Assembly: GCA_020634795.1 (NCBI GenBank)
Contig: JACKAZ010000006.1
Span: 76,376-100,375, forward strand
Direction of reading: 5' to 3'
DNA from: Ardenticatenales bacterium
GTDB lineage: Bacteria; Chloroflexota; Anaerolineae; Ardenticatenales; Ardenticatenaceae
DNA length: 24,000 bases
Shown here: piece after piece, positions 18,101-24,000 of the stretch
How positions within the stretch are numbered: the stretch's first letter is position 1
How the letters are laid out: every line of letters starts with the position of its first letter
The notes under the pieces: generated by a model
Databases searched by the model: none
What the model saw: only the letters and a program-made list of their open reading frames with translations
What the model was told of the DNA's origin: nothing
Translations under genes and position numbers: made by a program

Positions 18101-18792
18101 CCGAGCTGTACGAGCTGATGTACGACCTCGGTTGCAAGGGCGGCACCGTCTATCGCGATGGCTCGCGGGACGAGCAGGTGCTGTCGGTGGCGAAAGAGGG
18201 CGAGGCGGTGGAAGAAGCGCTGGCCGCCCCCTTCGATCTCAGCCCCAACTACACCAGCCGCGGCGAGCACAAGCAGGCGCGGCCCCGCCGCCTTGCGGGG
18301 GCGACCTACTTCATCCAGACGCCGATCGGCAAGGCCTACGTCACTGTCAACCGCGACGCCAAGACCGAGCAGCCGTTCGAGGTCTTCGCCAACGTGGGCA
18401 AGGTCGGTTCCGAGGGCGCGGCGATGAGCGAGGCGTTGGGCCGGCTGATCTCGTTGGTGCTGCGAATTCCAAGCAACATCAGCCCCAACGAACGGCTGGA
18501 CATGGTGATCAGCGAGTTGGAGGGGATCGGTGGCTCGCGCAGCATCGGCTTCGGCCCGAACCGCGTCACCAGTCTGCCGGACGCACTCTCGCGCGTCTTG
18601 CGGGAGGATTTGGAAGCCGGACGTGACATCGAGGCCAGCTATCTGCTGGGTGAGGCCGAGCCGCCCGCCCAACAGCTCGACCTGCTTTCGACCACGATGA
18701 AAGCCGACCTCTGCCCCGAATGTGGTCACGCCTCCTTCGTGCGGGTCGAGGGCTGCCAGAAGTGCTATTCGTGCGGGCATAGTGAGTGTTGA
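15133..18792 (+). CDS. nrdJ: Vitamin B12-dependent (class II) ribonucleoside-diphosphate reductase, intein-containing precursor
   Basis: AAGGAG RBS. Extein motifs include [95 protein letters not shown], and C-terminal [26 protein letters not shown]. Confidence 0.95.
   Translation: [1219 protein letters not shown]
16240..17334 (+). mobile_element. In-frame intein (365 aa) with LAGLIDADG/DOD homing endonuclease, inserted in nrdJ
   Basis: Block A [13 protein letters not shown], block B [12 protein letters not shown], DOD motifs [14 protein letters not shown] and [14 protein letters not shown], blocks F/G [24 protein letters not shown] then Cys +1. Removing it restores [13 protein letters not shown]. 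Confidence 0.96.
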
Positions 18793-18897
18793 AGGTACAT
18801 GGTGCATGGTGCATGGTGCATGGGCCGCGTTGCGTCAACGCGGAACGTGCATCGGCGTGCATGGGTCATACCGACTGAGTAGGCCCAGCGAACAAGA

Positions 18898-18940
18898 AAG
18901 AGCGCCGCGTCCGATGAGGGAGGTGGCGCTCTTGGTTTTG
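18898..18940 (+). terminator. Candidate terminator downstream of nrdJ
   Basis: AAGAGCGCC (18898-18906) and GGCGCTCTT (18925-18933), 9-bp perfect stem with 18-nt loop, followed by ggttttg. Confidence 0.45.
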
Positions 18941-18978
18941 GATTGGCATCAGTGACTTGCTCGATTGTGGCAGCCGGA

Positions 18979-19157
18979 TCAGCAGGGGAATAAATTCCCC
19001 GCTGGGAGGCCGGGGGCCACGCATCTGCCTTCGCAGACGCTTACCTGCCCTCTCAAGGTCAATGCATTTCAGCAGGGGAATTAATTCCCCGCTGGGAGGC
19101 CGGGGCCACGCGTCTGCCTTCGCAGACGCTTACCTGCCCTCTCAAGGTCAATGCATT
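18979..19157. repeat. Tandem direct duplication of a ~90-bp structured element (copies 18979-19068 and 19069-19157)
   Basis: The copies differ at only three positions (A/T, one G indel, A/G). Each has ggggaat[a/t]aattcccc and gc[a/g]tctgc-cttc-gcagacgc inverted repeats. Confidence 0.95.
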
Positions 19158-19190
19158 GTTGGTCAGACTGTACTGAGTGCTAACTACTCG

Positions 19191-19871
19191 CTACTCCCCC
19201 AGCGGCGCGATGCCGAAGTTGTGGTCGAAATCCTTGCACCAGACGACGGCGGTCCAATCGCTGCTCAGGTCGAGGTCGGGCGGAATGGTGTAGTTCTGGT
19301 CGCCGACGTTGCCCTTCAGCACGCCAAGGTTGACGTAGCCAGCGTTGTCCGCTTCGGAGAGGACATCGGCTTTGGGCACGAGGATCACATAGAGATCGGG
19401 GCCGGGCGTCACCTCGAACTGCTCGAAGCGGAGGATGCGCGAGCCATCTTCGAGTTGGATCGCCGCAGCGGTTCCGGTGGCACTCACCGTGTTGTCGGCC
19501 GCGCGGAAGGCACCGCTTTTCAACGTGGTCGGACCGGCGGGGGTGGCCGTGGGTTCGGCGGTGGGTTCGGCGGTGGCTTCGGCGGTGGCTTCGGCGGTGG
19601 CTTCGGCGGTGGCTTGCATCGCCGCCTCGTCGTCGGCCATCGCCTCATCCTCGCTCATTTCGTCGCTCATTTCCTCGTCGTCCGTCATCGCTTCGTCGTC
19701 GGCCATTTCATCGTCGGCCATTGCCTCTTCGGCGGTGGGCGATGATTCGATCTGGGCGGCGGGGGCGCTGGTGGGCAAGGCTTCATCAACCACCACATCC
19801 TGCGTCCCACAAGCGGCCAGTACCATCATCACCAAGAGCAACAGGCTCGTCAGTAAAAATCGGTTTGTCAT
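19191..19871 (-). CDS. Lipoprotein with acidic/Met-rich linker and C-terminal DM13-like domain
   Basis: MTNRFLLTSLLLLVMMVLAACG lipobox; MADDEMADDEAMTDDEEMSDEMSEDEAMADDEA linker; (TAEA)n/TAEP repeats; C-terminal LKSGAFRAADNTVSATGTAAAIQLEDGSRILRFEQFEVTPGPDLYVILVPK...VVWCKDFDHNFGIAPL resembles DM13. GGAG precedes the ATG at 19871; alternative start at 19883. Confidence 0.82.
   Translation of the reverse strand: MTNRFLLTSLLLLVMMVLAACGTQDVVVDEALPTSAPAAQIESSPTAEEAMADDEMADDEAMTDDEEMSDEMSEDEAMADDEAAMQATAEATAEATAEATAEPTAEPTATPAGPTTLKSGAFRAADNTVSATGTAAAIQLEDGSRILRFEQFEVTPGPDLYVILVPKADVLSEADNAGYVNLGVLKGNVGDQNYTIPPDLDLSSDWTAVVWCKDFDHNFGIAPLGE
19549..19620. repeat. 12-bp in-frame tandem repeat inside the lipoprotein gene, 6 units of gtgg[g/c]ttcggcg
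   Basis: Encodes the repeated TAEA/TAEP linker on the minus strand. Confidence 0.9.
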
Positions 19872-20253
19872 GATTGTCTCCATCGGTCAGTTTCGTGATT
19901 AAGCTGCCCCAGTGTCGGCCAACTCTCTTACAAAGGGCTAACAATCCCCTTAATAAAGGATTACCGGATTTGACGCGGGGTCAAATATGAGGGAAGATTG
20001 GATGGAGCGGTGGAACGTTGGAACGCAGGAAACGGAAAGCGTTCTGAACGTTGGAACGGTTCGAACCACTTGAGCAACCCAATCAGCCGAAAAACTCATT
20101 ACCCTCGCCAAAGTCCTGAACTCATAAACGCCACTACTCCGGCTAGGACAGGTTCAGCCAGCCAACACCTTAACTTTCAACCCCTGTACAGACGCGCCAA
20201 TGGCGCATCTTTCAGCCACAAACCTCAACTACGCACTCCAGAAGGAGCCACCC

Positions 20254-22518
20254 GTGAGCGAGAACGATCAAGCCGTCAACGCCAGCCCTCCCGTCAGCGG
20301 CCATGGGGTCTCGACGTTACAAGCCCAGATCGACGCGCAAGAAGCAACGAAGTCGAACAAGCTGGGCACCTTCGGCGGCGTGTTCACGCCGACGCTCCTG
20401 ACCATCCTCGGCGTGATTATGTACCTGCGGGAAGGGTCGGTGGTGGGGAATGCAGGCCTGTTGGGGACATGGATCATCATCGCCCTCGCCTTTGTCATTA
20501 CAGGGACGACGGCCCTGTCGATGTCGTCGATCACGACCAACATTCGGGTGGGCGCGGGGGGTGCCTTCTCTATGATCTCCCAGTCGTTGGGGCTGGAAGT
20601 GGGGGGCAGCATCGGCGTACCGCTCTATTTGGCGCAGGCGCTGGCGGTCTCGATGTACATCTTCGGTTTCCGTGAAGGGTGGAATTACATCTTCCCGGGC
20701 CATCCCCCGCTCTTGGTGGATCTGCTGACCTTTGCCTTGGTTGCGGGCATCGCGCTTGTCAGCGCCAACTTCGCTTTTCGAGTGCAATATGTGATCTTGG
20801 TGGTGATTGCGGTCTCGCTCGTCTCGATCTTGGGTAGCATATTCACGGGCGCGATGGTCAACGAACCCACCTTGTGGGGCAGCTATCAAGGTTTTCCGGA
20901 AAACGGCTTCCGAGGCACCAGCTTCGCGCTGGTTTTCGCGCTCTTCTTCCCCGCAGCCACCGGCATTCTGGCGGGGGCCAACATGTCGGGCGATTTGGCC
21001 AACCCGCGCCGCAGTATCCCGCGCGGAACGCTCAGCGCGATCGCGCTCAGCTTCGTGATCTATGTCTCGTTGGCTTACTGGCTGTCGCGCGTGGCGACGC
21101 CCCAAGAGCTGTTGGAAAACTACAACGTGATGATCGACAAGGCGCTCTGGTCGCCCGCCGTGGTGCTGGGATTGCTGGGGGCCACCTTCTCGTCGGGCTT
21201 GGCCTCCTTTGTCGGCGCGCCCCGCATTTTGCAGGCGCTGGGCTCTCACGACATCTTGCCGGGCAGCGAGTGGCTGAGACAAGTTTCTGACAAGGGCGAG
21301 CCGCGCAACGCCCTTTACCTGACCTCGGCGCTGGTGCTTGGCGCGCTGATGCTGCGTGACCTCAACGCGATCGCGCCGCTGCTGACGATGTTCTTCATGA
21401 TCACCTACGCCATGATCAACGTGGTGGTGCTGCTGGAACAGAGCCTAGGCCTCGTCAGTTTCCGCCCGACGATGCACTTTCCGATCATCGTTCCGCTGAT
21501 CGGTACGATCGGTTGTTTCGTGGCGATGTTTGTCATCAATCCAGTCTTTAGTCTCATTGCGCTCGTATTGGTAGTCGGCATCTATGTCTATCTGCTTGGC
21601 CGTCACCTGCGTGCGCCCTTCGGCGACATGCGAAGCGGTCTCTTCAATTCGGTCGCGGAATGGGCGTCAAAGCGGGTGGCGGATATGCCGACGTCGCGCG
21701 AGCGGACGTGGAAACCCGATTTCTTGGTGCCGGTCAAGAACCCGCGCAACGCCCGCGGCACCTTCCGCCTGATCCACGACCTGACCTACCCCAAAGGCTC
21801 GGTTAAACTGCTGGGCATGCGGAGCGATGCCGAAGTGGCGACGCTGAACGACGACTTGGCGACGCTCACCGCCGCTTTCCGCGAGGAAGATGTCTTCGGG
21901 TCACACGCGGTGATCGACGAGGGGGAATTCGGCCCCGGCATGTTGGCCACGATGCAGGCGCTGGGCGGCTCGTTCCGGCCCAACGTGCTCTTTTTGAACG
22001 ACGACCTGTTGGAAGACCAAGGCGAACGGCACAACCTCGACCAGTTGGTCTACAAGGCGCGGGACTACCAGATCGGCGTGGTGGTGATGGCCGATCACCC
22101 CAAGGCGCATTTGGGTCGAAAACGGACGGTCAACATCTGGCTGCACGACCAAGGGCCGGCGTGGGAGTTGAGCATGCGGCTCGGCAACATGGATTTGGCG
22201 CTGCTACTCGGCTACAAGCTACTGCGCAACTGGAAGGGGCGAATGCGGGTCATCACCGCGATCCGTGATGGCGACGACGAGGAAAAGGCCAAGCAGTTCC
22301 TGAACAATCTGGTCGAAGCGGGTCGCTTCCGCAACGCCGAAACGGTGGTCCTCACGCAGCCGTTCGAGGAGGCCGTGAAAGCCGCCCCCCACGCCGACCT
22401 CAACATCTTCGGCCAACCCCAAGTGCTGGACACCGCCTTCATCCGCCGCATGGTCGATCTGTCGGAATCGGCCTGCCTCTTCGTCCGCGACTCCGGCACC
22501 GAAAACGCGCTCGCTTGA
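20254..22518 (+). CDS. APC/SLC12 (cation-chloride cotransporter)-like permease with C-terminal cytosolic domain
   Basis: KLGTFGGVFTPTLLTILGVIMYLREGSVVGNAGLLGTWIIIALAFVITGTTALSMSSITTNIRVGAGGAFSMIS..., about 12 hydrophobic segments then a soluble tail. GTG start proposed because aaggag precedes it; the tracked ORF begins at 20200. Confidence 0.82.
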   Translation: MSENDQAVNASPPVSGHGVSTLQAQIDAQEATKSNKLGTFGGVFTPTLLTILGVIMYLREGSVVGNAGLLGTWIIIALAFVITGTTALSMSSITTNIRVGAGGAFSMISQSLGLEVGGSIGVPLYLAQALAVSMYIFGFREGWNYIFPGHPPLLVDLLTFALVAGIALVSANFAFRVQYVILVVIAVSLVSILGSIFTGAMVNEPTLWGSYQGFPENGFRGTSFALVFALFFPAATGILAGANMSGDLANPRRSIPRGTLSAIALSFVIYVSLAYWLSRVATPQELLENYNVMIDKALWSPAVVLGLLGATFSSGLASFVGAPRILQALGSHDILPGSEWLRQVSDKGEPRNALYLTSALVLGALMLRDLNAIAPLLTMFFMITYAMINVVVLLEQSLGLVSFRPTMHFPIIVPLIGTIGCFVAMFVINPVFSLIALVLVVGIYVYLLGRHLRAPFGDMRSGLFNSVAEWASKRVADMPTSRERTWKPDFLVPVKNPRNARGTFRLIHDLTYPKGSVKLLGMRSDAEVATLNDDLATLTAAFREEDVFGSHAVIDEGEFGPGMLATMQALGGSFRPNVLFLNDDLLEDQGERHNLDQLVYKARDYQIGVVVMADHPKAHLGRKRTVNIWLHDQGPAWELSMRLGNMDLALLLGYKLLRNWKGRMRVITAIRDGDDEEKAKQFLNNLVEAGRFRNAETVVLTQPFEEAVKAAPHADLNIFGQPQVLDTAFIRRMVDLSESACLFVRDSGTENALA

Positions 22519-22545
22519 GCGTTCGAGCGTTCGAGCGTTCGAGCG
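22517..22545. repeat. 8-bp tandem repeat GAGCGTTC, 3 full units plus partial, overlapping the transporter stop codon
   Basis: gagcgttc/gagcgttc/gagcgttc/gagcg. Confidence 0.9.
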
Positions 22546-22812
22546 AAAGAGGAACGGAACGGCAACGCAGAGCATTTAACGCAGAACGCAGGGCAAACGA
22601 CCGACAACTTTGAACGAGTAACACCTATCCCACAGAGCGGGATTCTATTTGGGTGTGTTTCAAACGAGTTATCGCTGGCGATCTGTGTTACCTCATCGCT
22701 AGATAGAGATAGAGATGGAGATAGAGAGTGACATAGTTCTGGCTTTGTAATTTCCAAGGCAAGACAAAGTGTCCGATTCGCGATTCGCAATTCGCGACTG
22801 AACCATCCACTC

Positions 22813-22843
22813 AAATGAAACAGACCCGTTTCATTTCTATTTT
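22813..22843 (+). terminator. Candidate terminator-like hairpin
   Basis: AAATGAAAC - agaccc - GTTTCATTT (9-bp perfect stem, 6-nt loop) followed by ctatttt. Confidence 0.5.
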
Positions 22844-22907
22844 GGCAGTGAGAGCTCCAATTTTTGCGATTAGGGCTACGCTCCGACCAACCGACCGTTC
22901 CCCAAGA

Positions 22908-22935
22908 TTGACGATTATTCCCTTTACGCTAGTAT
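22908..22935 (+). promoter_or_regulatory. Candidate promoter for hsdM
   Basis: TTGACG (22908-22913), 16-nt spacer, TAGTAT (22930-22935), 57 nt before the hsdM ATG. Confidence 0.4.
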
Positions 22936-22992
22936 AGCCTTTACTTGCAAGCCTCGCCCGAACAGACCACACCCCTAGAAAACGACCCCCGC

Positions 22993-24000
22993 ATGGCCCT
23001 CAAGAAATCCCAGTTGTATCGTTCCCTTTGGCAGAGTTGCGATGAGCTGCGTGGCGGCATGGATGCCTCACAGTACAAGGACTATGTGCTGACGCTGCTC
23101 TTCATGAAGTACGCGACGGACAAGTACAAGGGGCAGCGCTACGCCCCCATCGAGGTGCCAGACAAGGGTGGCTTCGATGACATGGTAGCGTTGCGGGGCG
23201 ATAAGGAGATTGGCGACAAGATCAACAAGATCATCGCGCGCTTTGCCGAGGCCAACGACCTGAAGGGCGTGATTGACGTGGCCGACTTCAACGATGCGGC
23301 GAAGCTCGGCACGGGCAAGGAGATGCAGGATCGCCTCGCGCGGCTGGTGGCCATCTTCGAGGGCCTCGACTTTCGCCGCAACCGCGCCCACGGTGACGAC
23401 CTGCTGGGCGATGCTTACGAGTACCTGATGGCCCACTTCGCCCAGCAGTCGGGCAAGAGCAAGGGGCAGTTCTACACCCCCGCCGAGGTCTCGCGTATCA
23501 TGGCGGCGGTGGTTGGCATCGAGCGGGCGCGCGAGATGGATCAGCCGACGCTCTACGACCCCACCTGCGGCTCGGGATCGCTGCTCATCAAGGCGGCGGA
23601 TCGCGCCGCTACCCCCAAGTTGGCGCTCTACGGCCAAGAGAAGGATAGCGCGACGTGGGCACTGGCTCGCATGAACATGTTCATGCATGGCTACGCCAGT
23701 GCCGTGATTGAACGGGGCAATACCCTGACCTCGCCGCGCTTCTTGGAGGGCGACCAACTCAAAACCTTCGACTTCGCCCTAGCCAACCCTCCGTTCTCCG
23801 ACAAGGCGTGGTCTACTGGACTGGTGCCCGACAAGGATGACTACGCCCGTTTCGTGCGCGGCGTGCCCCCCACCAAAAATGGCGATTTCGCCTTCCTGCT
23901 GCACCTGCTCGCCTCGCTGAACAGCCGTGGCACGGGCGCAATCATCTTGCCGCACGGCGTCCTCTTTCGTGGCAACCGCGAGGCCGACATCCGTCGCCGC
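22993..24000 (+). CDS. hsdM: Type I restriction-modification system DNA methyltransferase subunit HsdM (3' truncated by window edge)
   Basis: Manual translation is open to the edge: MALKKSQLYRSLWQSCDELRGGMDASQYKDYVLTLLFMKYATDKY...QFYTPAEVSRIM...LYDPTCGSGSLLIKAAD...FDFALANPPFSDKAW...GDFAFLLHLLASL; methyltransferase motif I and NPPF motif IV. Confidence 0.95.
   Translation, partial: MALKKSQLYRSLWQSCDELRGGMDASQYKDYVLTLLFMKYATDKYKGQRYAPIEVPDKGGFDDMVALRGDKEIGDKINKIIARFAEANDLKGVIDVADFNDAAKLGTGKEMQDRLARLVAIFEGLDFRRNRAHGDDLLGDAYEYLMAHFAQQSGKSKGQFYTPAEVSRIMAAVVGIERAREMDQPTLYDPTCGSGSLLIKAADRAATPKLALYGQEKDSATWALARMNMFMHGYASAVIERGNTLTSPRFLEGDQLKTFDFALANPPFSDKAWSTGLVPDKDDYARFVRGVPPTKNGDFAFLLHLLASLNSRGTGAIILPHGVLFRGNREADIRRR

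Noticed and set aside
17350-18807. 485-aa minus-strand ORF opposite nrdJ
   Set aside because: Shadow ORF of the well-supported NrdJ C-terminal extein.
18979-19157. Possible CRISPR-like direct repeat pair
   Set aside because: Two adjacent ~90-bp copies with no spacer between them and no cas genes in the window.
18957-19745. 262-aa plus-strand ORF covering the 90-bp duplication and antisense to the lipoprotein gene
   Set aside because: G-rich repetitive translation (GGGFGGGFGGGFGG) is the antisense of the lipoprotein linker; the minus strand encodes a coherent lipoprotein.
22564-22587. Resemblance of CAACGCAGAG to a cDNA template-switching adapter
   Set aside because: Only ~10 nt match, and the surrounding 24-bp repeat recurs at 6223-6246 in native context, so contamination is not supported.

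Overview
High-GC bacterial chromosome segment, Chloroflexota-like by inference from gene order and protein character (no search was run). The window holds: (1) a nearly complete co-directional division/cell-wall (dcw) cluster, positions 1-13336: murF(3' part)-mraY-murD-ftsW-murG-[small CvpA-like membrane protein]-murC-murB-ddl-ftsQ-ftsA-ftsZ, with many ATGA start/stop overlaps; (2) a ~1.1 kb noncoding region after ftsZ with a strong hairpin, two oppositely oriented 9-bp tandem-repeat arrays, a DnaA-box-like cluster beside an AT-rich tract, and a candidate NrdR-regulated promoter; (3) nrdR and a class II (B12-dependent) ribonucleotide reductase gene, nrdJ, interrupted in frame by a full-length 365-aa LAGLIDADG intein placed directly before the motif cysteine of NP/CGEQ; (4) a tandemly duplicated ~90-bp hairpin-rich element; (5) a convergent DM13-like lipoprotein gene with an acidic/Met-rich linker; (6) an SLC12/APC-like transporter; (7) the 5' part of a type I restriction-modification hsdM running off the right edge. 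I see no clear new multi-gene system. The best leads are the ftsZ-nrdR intergenic region, the altered FtsZ tubulin-signature motif, the structured 90-bp tandem element, and the short-period repeats in several intergenic gaps.
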